This document shows positions 19,440 through 29,200 of a stretch of 64,000 bases of DNA, piece after piece. Positions within the stretch are counted from its first letter, which is position 1. Every line of letters starts with the position of its first letter. This stretch comes from an uncultured Armatimonadetes bacterium (GTDB taxonomy: Bacteria > Armatimonadota > UBA5829 > DTJY01), in contig OY970325.1 in the NCBI GenBank assembly GCA_963717145.1, positions 4,544,001 through 4,608,000 on the forward strand, written 5' to 3'. Made by a program: the position numbers and the translations under genes. The notes under the pieces are model-generated. The model did no database searches. It worked only from the letters and a program-made list of their open reading frames with translations, and had not been told where the DNA came from.

Positions 19440-19457
19440 TATAGATAGGAGTTCAAT

Positions 19458-20501
19458 ATGAAAGCGATGATCCTGGCCGCGGGCGCAGGTTCCCGTCTCG
19501 ATCCGCTTACGCGCAATATGCCGAAGCCCATGGTTCCGGTGGTCAATAAGCCCGTCATGGAGCACATCGTCGAGCTGCTGGCGAGGAACGGCTTCTCGAA
19601 GATAATGGTGAACCTCCATTACCTCGGGGACCAGATCGAGGGCTATTTCGGCGATGGATCGCGCTGGGGAGTGAAGATTCAGTACTCCCACGAAGACCAG
19701 CTCTGGGGCGACGCGGGAAGCGTCAAGCGCTGCGAGCAGTTCTTCGACAGCACCTTCATAGTCATCGGCGGCGATGACATCACGGATATCGACCTCAAGC
19801 GCCTGGTGAAGCAGCACCGGGAGCACAAGGCACTCAGCACGATCGCGCTCAGCCTGGTGGACGATCCGACTGAGTACGGCATCGTCCTCATCAACGAGCG
19901 CGGCAAGATCACCCGGTTCCTCGAGAAGCCGAAGGGTGAGGTCATCTTCAGCAACATGGCGAACACCGGCGTCTACATCTTCGAGCCGGAGATCTTCGAA
20001 CTGATCCCCAAGAACACGTTCTACGGGTTCGGCAACAACGTCTTTCCCATGCTCCTCGAGCAGAAGCGACGCTTCTTCGGGTACCTCACATCGAGCTACT
20101 GGAAGGATGTGGGAAGCCTCAGGCAGTATCAGGACGCGCACCGGGATGCCCTTCAGGGGCGCATCAACATCAAGTTTCCTCTCCGAGAGCTGCGGAAATA
20201 CGTCTGGATGGGAGACAATGTGGATATCGACCCGAGCGCGGAGATCGGCTACCCCGTTATGATCGGGAACAACTGCCGGATAGAGAAGAATGCCAAGGTA
20301 CTGGCGAACAGCGTGCTGGCGGACGACTGCATAATCGAGGAGGATGCCGTTGTCGAGGAGAGCATCCTCTGGAGCGGCGCTCGCGTCATGAGGCAGACGA
20401 TCCTCGAGCGGTGCGTCGTAGGTTCCGGGTGCCAGGTGAAATCGAACGCGGCGGTATTCGATGGCGTCATCGTCAATCCGGCGCGTAATAACGGAAAGTG
20501 A
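19458..20501 (+). CDS. NDP-sugar synthase (mannose-1-phosphate guanylyltransferase-like)
   Basis: MKAMILAAGAGSRLDPLT..PKPM, FLEKP, YWKDVG; C-terminal hexapeptide beta-helix. Confidence 0.88.
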   Translation: MKAMILAAGAGSRLDPLTRNMPKPMVPVVNKPVMEHIVELLARNGFSKIMVNLHYLGDQIEGYFGDGSRWGVKIQYSHEDQLWGDAGSVKRCEQFFDSTFIVIGGDDITDIDLKRLVKQHREHKALSTIALSLVDDPTEYGIVLINERGKITRFLEKPKGEVIFSNMANTGVYIFEPEIFELIPKNTFYGFGNNVFPMLLEQKRRFFGYLTSSYWKDVGSLRQYQDAHRDALQGRINIKFPLRELRKYVWMGDNVDIDPSAEIGYPVMIGNNCRIEKNAKVLANSVLADDCIIEEDAVVEESILWSGARVMRQTILERCVVGSGCQVKSNAAVFDGVIVNPARNNGK

Positions 20502-20505
20502 CGTG

Positions 20506-20577
20506 GGTGTCATTCTGAGCAGAGTGAAGAATCTTGCTTCGGCGGGTCAGATTCTTCGCTCAGCTCAGAATGACACC
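20506..20577. repeat. GTCATTCTGA-type REP-like palindrome
   Basis: GGTGTCATTCTGAGC..GAAGAATCT ... AGATTCTTC..GCTCAGAATGACACC; same family as 24503-24575. Confidence 0.8.
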
Positions 20578-20621
20578 TCCGTCATGCTAATGCACGGACA
20601 CCAGGAGAAGTACCTGTCATC

Positions 20622-21380
20622 GTGGGAGACGGGAACGTAGAGGCCCGCAATTGCATAGAACTGCTCGGCGTCAGGATCGATGACGTGGATATGGCGGCCG
20701 CGCTCGAGGCCATCGAAGGCTTCATTCGCAGCCGCACCCCTCACATCGTGGTGACCGCCGACGCGTCGTGCCTCGTGCTCGCCCGGAAGGACCCCGAGTT
20801 GCGCACGATCGTCAACTCCGCGGACCTCGTCACCCCGGACAGCATCGGGATACTCCTCGCGGCCCGGCTGAACGGCAAGCCGCTGGCCGAGCGTGTCTCC
20901 GGCTGTGACATGGTTGTGCATCTCTGCGAGCGGGCTAGCAGTCTGGGACATCGAGTCTTCCTGCTCGGAGCGGCGCCCGGGGTTGCCGATGCGGCAGCGG
21001 AGAAGCTGAGGGAACGATTCCCCGGACTCCAGATCGTCGGCGTGCAGCACGGCTACTTCAAGCCGGAGGAGACCGAGTCTGTCGTAAGCGCGATACGAGC
21101 CGCCGAGCCGGACCTCCTGTTCGTGGCGTTCGGCATCCCGCGGCAGGAGAAATGGATCCGTACGCACATGGACCGGCTCAACGTGCCCGTGTGCATGGGA
21201 GTCGGTGGGAGTTTCGACGTCATTTCAGGCAATGTCAAACGTGCGCCCAAGTGGATGCAGCGTTACGGCCTCGAGTGGGTCTACCGGCTCGCGAGCAATC
21301 CGAAGAAGATCGGCAAGGTGATGACCCTGCCGGTCTTCGTGGCGCTGGTGCTCGGTTCGAAGAACATGCGCCGCTCATAG
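20622..21380 (+). CDS. WecB/TagA/CpsF family glycosyltransferase (GT26)
   Basis: ERVSGCD, FLLGA, HGYF, GIPRQEKW, GVGGSFD, KRAPKWMQ..GLEW. Confidence 0.93.
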   Translation: MGDGNVEARNCIELLGVRIDDVDMAAALEAIEGFIRSRTPHIVVTADASCLVLARKDPELRTIVNSADLVTPDSIGILLAARLNGKPLAERVSGCDMVVHLCERASSLGHRVFLLGAAPGVADAAAEKLRERFPGLQIVGVQHGYFKPEETESVVSAIRAAEPDLLFVAFGIPRQEKWIRTHMDRLNVPVCMGVGGSFDVISGNVKRAPKWMQRYGLEWVYRLASNPKKIGKVMTLPVFVALVLGSKNMRRS

Positions 21381-21390
21381 GGTCCCACAC

Positions 21391-21467
21391 GCCGTTGGGG
21401 ATGGAGTTGGACTCCATCCCCGTCACTTAGTTATCTGGGGATGGAGTCCAACTCCATCCCCAACGGC
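21391..21467. repeat. REPIN-like palindrome, 31-bp perfect arms
   Basis: GCCGTTGGGGATGGAGTTGGACTCCATCCCC and its reverse complement. Confidence 0.8.
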
Positions 21468-21504
21468 CGAGGTGTCCCATACGTCCTAATTCCGGAGGAA
21501 AACA

Positions 21505-22422
21505 ATGCCCAATGAATCCGTTCTGATCGTCGGAAGCGTCGCCTTCGACAACGTCAAGACCCCGCTCGGCGAGGTCAACGATGCGCTCGGCGGCGCGGCC
21601 GTATACTCGTCGGTCGCCGCGAGCTTCTTCTCGCCGGTCAAGCTCGTCGGCGTCGTCGGCGAGGATTTCCCCGAGGAGCACGTCGAATTCCTTGCCTCCA
21701 AAGGGATCGACCTTGCGGGCCTGCAGCGAGTCCCCGGCAAGACGTTCCGCTGGGCCGGCTACTATGAGTACGATCTCAACCAGGCGCATACGACGGACAC
21801 CCAGCTCAACGTCTTCGAGCAGTTTCGCCCGCATATCCCGGCCGACTACCGAAGTGCGAAGTACGTCTTCCTCGCCAATATCGACCCGGAACTACAGCTT
21901 CAGGTGCTCGATCAGATCGACCGCCCCAAGCTCGCCGTTTGCGACACCATGAACTTCTGGATCGAGAGCAAGAAGAGCGCACTCCTGGAGGTCCTCAAGC
22001 GCGTGGACATCGCGTTCATGAACGATGCCGAGGCCCGCGAGTTGTGCGGCACGTCGAGTGTCATCAAGGCCGCGCGCCAGATCCGCGAACTCGGGCCGCG
22101 ATGCGTCGTCATCAAGAAGGGCGAGCACGGCGCGATGCTCTTCACCGACGAGTCTTTCTTCTCAGCTCCGTCGTATCCGCTCGACGAGGTGGTCGATCCC
22201 ACGGGCGCGGGGGACTCATTCGCCGGTGGGTTCATCGGCTACGTCGCTTCGACTGACGACATCAGCGAGGCCAACCTGCGAAAGGCGGTCGTCTGCGGCA
22301 GCACGGTGGCGTCGTTCAACGTCGAGGATTTCAGTCTCGGCCGGATGTCGACCCTGACGCGGGATGACATCTCCGAGCGGTACGGCGAGTTCCGGAACAT
22401 CTGCTACTTCGAAGGGCTGTAG
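21505..22422 (+). CDS. PfkB family carbohydrate/nucleoside kinase
   Basis: GSVAFD, LGGAA, KKGEHG, DPTGAGDSFAGG. Confidence 0.93.
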   Translation: MPNESVLIVGSVAFDNVKTPLGEVNDALGGAAVYSSVAASFFSPVKLVGVVGEDFPEEHVEFLASKGIDLAGLQRVPGKTFRWAGYYEYDLNQAHTTDTQLNVFEQFRPHIPADYRSAKYVFLANIDPELQLQVLDQIDRPKLAVCDTMNFWIESKKSALLEVLKRVDIAFMNDAEARELCGTSSVIKAARQIRELGPRCVVIKKGEHGAMLFTDESFFSAPSYPLDEVVDPTGAGDSFAGGFIGYVASTDDISEANLRKAVVCGSTVASFNVEDFSLGRMSTLTRDDISERYGEFRNICYFEGL

Positions 22423-22900
22423 CCGCAGGCTCTATGCCTGCGTGTGATTGTGAGGACGGCTGCAATGAACAGCGGTATAACCAGACGGGATGCGCCCTAT
22501 GTTGCGCACCCTCTGTATACGTGCGCAGGTCTTCTTAGTATTCCAGCGATGCTTGCTTTTGCGATTGCGCACGGGGTACCGAGGCCGGGGCTCTTGGAAC
22601 TGGCTGCCGGGTTGGGGTTTGGCCTGATCTCCGGTTATCTATGCTCTCGGATCTGGCTGATCGGCCTGGCTCGCATGGCTCTGAGGGCGCAGAAGGAACC
22701 ATCGATCAAATGGAGCAGCCTCATAACTGGACCGTTTACCGGGCGTGGCGCTCTCCCGATTTCTGCAGTTGTCGCCGCGATACTGATCGCTGGGCTGTTT
22801 GGAATGGGCGCGTTGATGCATCATGTGTTGGGTGCCTATCCTGATCTCCGATGGCCTGTTGTGGCATGCATGGCAGCCCACACGCATGGAGAGCAGTATG

Positions 22901-24333
22901 GGGTGCATTCGCGTTGAGTGGGTAGCAAGTAAGGAAGGAGTCTCCTGTAATAGTCGGTAATGGTTTGTTGAAGGACAAACATTCCGAAAGGAGACTCCCA
23001 GAGAATGCTTACACTTTTGCACACAGACTCCCTCCTTCAGGCCGCTCGCGACTTTGCGCGCAGCTACATCGATTGCACGGACTTAGGGTCAGCCGAGGAG
23101 CGTATTCAGATCCTGGCGCGTCAGATTGCCGGCGCAATGATGAGTGAGGTTGCCGCCAAGATGAGCGGAAAGCCCACCTACAAGGGTGTTGGGATAGAAT
23201 GCGAATGCGGCAGACTGGCCAGGTTCAAGGGATACCGGAAACGCTTCATTCGGACTTTGCACGGAGACATAGAGGTCGAGAGGTCATACTACCGTTGCGA
23301 CCATTGCAGGCGGGGCTACATTCCATGGGACCGCGAGCAGGGGCTGTCCGAGAGAGTATGGACCGCCAGAGTGAAGGAACTCACCGCCTCGATCTGCGCC
23401 GCGCTTCCATATGAAGCAGCCGCAAGGCTGATCGAGCGAACCACGGGTATTGCGATCGAAGAGAGCAGCGAAGAAGAGATAGTCCGGGATGTTGGGGAAT
23501 GCCTCCGCCGAGAGGAGCAGGAAGCGATCATCTCTGTGGTAGACACAGGTGAAGAGGTCTCCTGCGAGGCGACGCCACAGAGGCTCTACATTGGCATAGA
23601 CGCGGCCAAAGCGCACACCGATGGCCAGTGGCATGACATCAAGACCATGGTGGTATACGAAGGCGTTCCGGCTGCAGGCAAAGACACGGATACCGTCACC
23701 AACTCGCGCTACATAGCGGCGCAAGAGACGAGCGACGAGTTCGGGAGACGGGTATACACCAGAGCACTGCAAGCCGGCTATGACGGGGCAAAAGAGCGTA
23801 TAGTGATCGCCGACGGCGCAGACTGGATATGGAGAGAGGTCAGGAATCATCTGCCGGAGAGCATCAAGATCATCGACTACTGGCATGCCTGTGAGCACAT
23901 ATACGGCTTGGCGCGGACACTCTACGGAGAGGGGAATCCCAAAGGGAAGCGCTGGGCAAACGAACACTGCCGGAAGCTTAAAGAGAAGGGGCCGGGGAGT
24001 CTGCTTAGAGCCATGAAGCGGCGCAGAGCACGAAACGATTCTGAGAGGGAAGCGCTTCGGATCGAGACAGGCTACTTCAGAAAGTACCGCAAGTACATGA
24101 ACTACCCGGCATACAGGGCCAAGGGGATGATGATAGGCAGCGGTCCGGTGGAAGCGGCGTGCAAGGTGATAGTAGGCCAGAGGTTAAAGCAAGCCGGGAT
24201 GCGATGGACGAAGGACGGCGCAGATGCAGTGCTCGCGGTGAGAACTGCCCTCCTAAGCGGCGAACTGGCTCGGATCGAGCACGCAGCACGTGCCGCCTGA
24301 GCCGTGCTCTACCCACTCTGAGGAATTCCACCC
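22901..24333 (+). mobile_element. ISKra4-like (prokaryotic Mutator-like) insertion sequence, 1433 bp
   Basis: 9-bp TSD AGCAGTATG (22892-22900 and 24334-24342); imperfect 25-bp IRs GGGTG...GAGTGGGTAG (18/25 identical). Confidence 0.9.
23005..24300 (+). CDS. ISKra4-family DDE transposase
   Basis: CxC..YYRCDHC zinc motif, IGID, IADGADWIW, IDYWHA, GSGPVEAACK..RLKQAGMRW. Confidence 0.88.
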   Translation: MLTLLHTDSLLQAARDFARSYIDCTDLGSAEERIQILARQIAGAMMSEVAAKMSGKPTYKGVGIECECGRLARFKGYRKRFIRTLHGDIEVERSYYRCDHCRRGYIPWDREQGLSERVWTARVKELTASICAALPYEAAARLIERTTGIAIEESSEEEIVRDVGECLRREEQEAIISVVDTGEEVSCEATPQRLYIGIDAAKAHTDGQWHDIKTMVVYEGVPAAGKDTDTVTNSRYIAAQETSDEFGRRVYTRALQAGYDGAKERIVIADGADWIWREVRNHLPESIKIIDYWHACEHIYGLARTLYGEGNPKGKRWANEHCRKLKEKGPGSLLRAMKRRRARNDSEREALRIETGYFRKYRKYMNYPAYRAKGMMIGSGPVEAACKVIVGQRLKQAGMRWTKDGADAVLAVRTALLSGELARIEHAARAA

Positions 24334-24502
24334 AGCAGTATGAGGCCGCTTCATCTTCGTCGGCCCTAATGATATACTTGCTGACGTTTTGGGCGGTGCA
24401 GTGGTGCAGCATGCTGATCTGGTATCGCCAACTTCCGAGCTAGGTGTTCAGCGCAGCGTGCAACCCGCGCAGGCATCAAGCCTGCGGATACGGCGCTGGC
24501 TG

Positions 24503-24575
24503 CTGTCATTCTGAACGCAGTGAAGAATCTGGCTCTGCGCCAACGCCAGATTCTTCACTGCGTTCAGAATGACAG
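24503..24575. repeat. GTCATTCTGA-type REP-like palindrome, 31-bp arms
   Basis: CTGTCATTCTGAACGCAGTGAAGAATCTGGC and its reverse complement. Confidence 0.85.
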
Positions 24576-24647
24576 GTGCGGGGATGGCGCGGACCCCGTA
24601 GCCGCAGGCTCTGCGCGAAGCCTGACGGACCGCCGGAAGGACCGCAA

Positions 24648-25193
24648 ATGCTCTATGAGCTTCTGAGCAACGAACTGCTCGCAGTTGCGACCCTGTTTGT
24701 TGTCCAAGGGATTGGTGTGGCACTCGCGGGACCGCACACGACGTCGAAAGCAGGCTTCGTGGCAGCGGGAGTTGCCGAAGCGTTATTAGGTATTGCGTTG
24801 CCACACATGCCGTCTGCGGGGCTGTGGCTCGTTTCCGCTGTTATCGTGGTGAGTTGCGTTGGTATGTACCCTCTCGCTTCTGTATATTTTGGTTCCTGGG
24901 AACTCCGGCCCTATGCGCTGAAAGCCATACGTTCAGGAGTTGGCAGAAGAAACGTCCCTGAGCTGGTAACATATCTGGCGCTATATGGTCTCTCATGGTT
25001 TGCGCGGGAGGCGAATCTGATCTCACTCATTGCCGCCAATATGTGGGGTGTTCTAGCCGCGATCAGTGCCCTGTGGCTGCTTGATCCGCGAGTCTCCTAT
25101 GGACTGCAAACGAAGAGGGCGATCTACACAAGCGCTCTCTGGCTGACACGAGCAGTATGCGGTATGGCGCTGTACCAATCGATCTTTCGGTGA
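24648..25193 (+). CDS. hypothetical multi-pass membrane protein
   Basis: Several hydrophobic segments; AAGGA before ATG 24648; codon usage looks less GC3-biased than neighbours. Confidence 0.6.
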   Translation: MLYELLSNELLAVATLFVVQGIGVALAGPHTTSKAGFVAAGVAEALLGIALPHMPSAGLWLVSAVIVVSCVGMYPLASVYFGSWELRPYALKAIRSGVGRRNVPELVTYLALYGLSWFAREANLISLIAANMWGVLAAISALWLLDPRVSYGLQTKRAIYTSALWLTRAVCGMALYQSIFR

Positions 25194-25198
25194 CGCTG

Positions 25199-25912
25199 AT
25201 GAGCCATCCTGTCGTCGAGGTTATCAACGGCCTGTTCGATCTCGTCTACCCGCCGAGATGCCTCGCGTGCGACACCCTCGGCGAGGACTACCTCTGCGAC
25301 GCCTGCCTCAAGCAGATCGAGCGCGTCCCACAGCCCGCATGCCGTCTCTGCGGACACACCCTCATGACCTCCGACTGCCACAACTGCGCGGACAGGGTGC
25401 GCTCGTTCACGTCGGCCAGAGGCGCGGGTGTCTATGAAGGAGTCCTCCGCGAACTGGTCCAGGAGTTCAAATACAACGGCAAGCGAATGCTCGCGCGCCC
25501 ACTCGGCGACCTGATGTTCGCGTACCTGGAGAAGCACGCCGACTTCCCCTGGCGCAAGGCCGACTGCATCATCCCCGTGCCGATCCATCCGCGGAGGAGT
25601 CGCTTCCGGGGCTACAACCAGAGCGAACTCCTCGCCCGACATCTCTCGGAGCGAACCGGCATCCCGCTGGTGACCGGCCTGCTCATCCGTCGGCGCTACA
25701 CGAAGCCGCAGGTGGAGTGCTCCCGTGATGAGCGGCGCAGGAATCTGATCAAGGCGTTCCGCGTCCTGAACCCCGTCCCGATCTGCGGCAAGACCGTCAT
25801 CCTCATCGACGACGTCTCCGCGACCTCCAGCACGATCCACGAGGCGAGCATCGCCCTCCGCCGCGCCGGCGTCGAGCGCATCTTCGCCCTCTGCCTCGCC
25901 TACGGCGGCTGA
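25199..25912 (+). CDS. comF: ComF family protein (double zinc ribbon + phosphoribosyltransferase)
   Basis: YPPRCLAC..LCDAC..CRLCG..CHNC, FKY, PVPIH..RGYNQSELL, ILIDDV. Confidence 0.92.
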   Translation: MSHPVVEVINGLFDLVYPPRCLACDTLGEDYLCDACLKQIERVPQPACRLCGHTLMTSDCHNCADRVRSFTSARGAGVYEGVLRELVQEFKYNGKRMLARPLGDLMFAYLEKHADFPWRKADCIIPVPIHPRRSRFRGYNQSELLARHLSERTGIPLVTGLLIRRRYTKPQVECSRDERRRNLIKAFRVLNPVPICGKTVILIDDVSATSSTIHEASIALRRAGVERIFALCLAYGG

Positions 25913-26093
25913 TCCCATAGTTAGCCGGCAACCCACTGCCCACCAAGACGGCCAGTGGTTTGACACAGACCGCCGAAGGTGAAAGACTGTGACCGATTAA
26001 CCCATCACCAATCACACGATGAGCTTACATTGATGCCTAGTTTCGTATGGCCTTTGAACTGGGTACACATTCTGCGCTGAGTTGGGCAGATGC
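25887..26093 (+). repeat. copy A of diverged direct repeat (comF 3' end + promoter + leader)
   Basis: Ungapped similarity to 32375-32581 (offset 6488); identical 26-bp core ACCAAGACGGCCAGTGGTTTGACACA containing TTGACA. Confidence 0.85.
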
Positions 26094-26226
26094 TCTGGGC
26101 ACACATCCTCCGTGACGCGTGTGTCCGACGTTCTGCTTCAGCATTCCAGTGTGAACGGCCCGCGCTCGTGTAAGAAACCGCGCAATCTGTTCGCCAGCAA
26201 TCCAGACGACTTGGAGGAAGAGACGC

Positions 26227-29200
26227 ATGTCAATGTCATTACGCCAACTGCTGGCAGTAATATTCGCGCTTGTTCTTGTTACGCTCGGGCAGACGAACCC
26301 AGCCGCGGCCGCCAATCCGACGCCCGTGCAGTACTTCTATGTGCCGTTCCCCGAAGATCAGCTATTGGCGGGGCTTCAGGCAATAGAACTCGGTGGCTCG
26401 GAATCCGCGCCCGTCGACCCCGTCCAGACCTATATCTCAATCGCGGCTATCGCCAATGACACGATCGTCTACTACGATCAATGGGAGAACGGATACGATG
26501 CCGACATATCGAATCCGGTGAACCTGTACAACGTAGGCAACCTCGGTGGCACGCAGATCTGGGGCGATGCCGACGCTGCCAACGGGGCCCCTCCGGGCAT
26601 TCCCAGCGATGTAATCAACGCCGGGACGGTGATCATCCTGCAGAACGCCGTTACTACCACGAATCTCCTGGCCATTGACTTTGACGGTGGGGACAAGTTC
26701 GCGGCGACGAAGACGATTGCCGTGACCCGCGTTGGATACGCCGCAGGTCCGAACAGCCTGCTGGCGGGCGCCGTCGAAGTCTTCGATACCACCAACTGGG
26801 GGCTTGACCATCGTGCCCCGGTAGGTCAGGACATCCCTTCTGCCGACGATCACCAGATGTTTCAGTACACCGGTTTGGCGATTCTGGCGGGCGAACAGGG
26901 GGCCACCATACAGATCGATGCGGATGCGAACGGCGTCTTTGAGACGACGCAGACACTGACCGAGGGGCAGTCCTACTTTGTGAATGGCGGGGTCAATGTT
27001 GGGGGCAGGGTCCTGTCCGATGAGCTGGTTCAGGTGGACATGCTCACCGGCGACATCGCGTCCAACTACGAGAGCCGGGATTCCGAACTCCTGCCGATCA
27101 GCTTGTGGTTCAGTGACTATTACACGCCGGTCTCGACCTCAGCGACAGCCCAGAGCATCGCCGGGACCGCCACGACGGTCTGGCTCTACAACCCCGACGT
27201 CAGCGCCATCACCGTCCAGTATCAGACCCGGAACGGACTCGGCAACCTGACGACTACTCCCCTCACGGTTCCCGGCGGGCCTCAGGGCGGATACCTGTCG
27301 CAGGTCATACCTGACGGGTATGGGGCGCACTTCTCCACATCCGGAGCGAAGTTCTACCCGTTCTCGACCACCAACTCCACAGATACCGATACGGACGGCA
27401 ACCAGGCCTGGGACTGGGGGTTCACCCTCATTCCCAAGGATTCGTTGACGTCGCAGGCCTTGATCGGCCTCGGTATCGGCCGCGATCCCACCTCCGGCAG
27501 CAGTCCCAGTCAAGACGGCAATCCAATCTGGGTCACGCCCGTCGGCAACGGTGATACCCCGGTTACGGTCTATGTCGATTTTGATGCCAATCCCGCCACG
27601 GGCGCGCTCACCGATCCTAACGGCAACAAGTACGACCTCGCGCTGAGTCTCAAGGAACTGGAGCGGGCCAAGGTCTACGACACGACCGATGGTGACCAGA
27701 CCGGTACCCTGGTGTACGCCCTCGCGACCGGGGTCAAACTGGCGGTGGCCTGGGGACAGGACCCGCAGACGGCGAGCGCCGGCGCTCCGGGCCTGGACGT
27801 AGGCACGGGAGTACCTCCCGCGCCTGAGTTCTCCGCCGGCAAGAACGGCGTATTGTATACCGACACCGATGGCGATGGGTTTGTGAGCCCTGGTGACGTA
27901 CTGCTGTACACGATCGCCATCGACAACGTCAGCCGTGCCCCCGTGCCGGACGTCTTGCTCCAGGACACGGTGCCGGTAGACACGACTTACGTTCCCAACA
28001 CCACTTTCTTCACGAACGCCTCCAATGTTACGACCCAGATTCCCGACAACGGCGTGGGGACTGCATTCCCGCTGGACGGGAGCGGCATCATCCTGGATTC
28101 GATCACCGCACTTCCCGTTGGCGGCTCGTACGTGGTGACTTTCCGGGTCACGATCGATAGCTTCCCGAACCTGACTCCGGGCACGACGGAGATCATCAAC
28201 CTGGGCTCAGTCAGTGCCGTCGGCGAAACCACCGACCTCGAGGACCATACGCCACTGCACGGCCGCATCGGTGACTTCGTCTGGACCGACTCGAACGGCA
28301 ACGGTCTGCAGGATGTGAATGAGCCCGGCGTCAACGGTGTCACCGTCCGCCTCCTGGATGGCCTGGGCAATGTATTGGCCACGACCACGACGGCGAACAA
28401 CGGCATCGGCGATCCCGGCTACTACACATTCACCGGTCTCCTGGCGGGCTCGTACATCGTCGAGTTCGTTGCGCCCGGCGGCTACACTTTCACGGTGCAG
28501 AATGCCGATGCGCAGGGTCTCAACGGCGCCGTCAACTCCGACGCCAACATCACCACGGGCCGTACCGTCGTTTTCGCGTTGGCGGCGGGACAGACCAACA
28601 TGAACGCGGACGCCGGCTTCTTCATCCCGAATCCGTTGATTGACATTGTGAAGTCATTCGTCTGGACGACCGGGGATGGTGACCAAGTCGGCGACATTGT
28701 GACCTTCACCTTCACCGTGACGAACACCGGCAGTGTGACCCTGAACCCTGTCACGGTGACTGACGACCAGTTCGGTCCGATCACGCTGCTTGCGACGAGT
28801 CTCGCGCCCGGAGCGTTCACAACTGGTACCGCGACACTGACTCTGACCCAGGCCCTGCTGGACGCCGGCTCGCACACCAACATTGCCACTGCCCACGGAA
28901 CGCCGCCGATCGGGCCCGATGTGACCGACACGGACACCCGGACTGTCACCTTCACTGAGACTCCGTCCATTCACATTGCCAAGACATTCGAATGGACCAC
29001 CGGGAATGGCTCGCAGGTGGGCGATGTGGTGACCTTCACGTTCACAGTGACGAACACCGGCAATGTGACACTGAATCCTGTCACGGTGAACGATGACCAA
29101 CTGGGACCGATCACTCTACTCGCGACGAGTCTCGCGCCCGGGGCTTCCACGACGGGTACCGCAACATTGACTCTGACGCAGGCGCTGCTGGATGCGGGTT

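Larger units (their letters stand above)
22465..24443 (+). pseudogene. membrane protein gene interrupted by an IS
   Basis: Removing 22901-24342 restores ...HTHGEQY|EAASSSSALMIYLLTFWAVQWCSMLIWYRQLPS* in frame. Confidence 0.8.
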
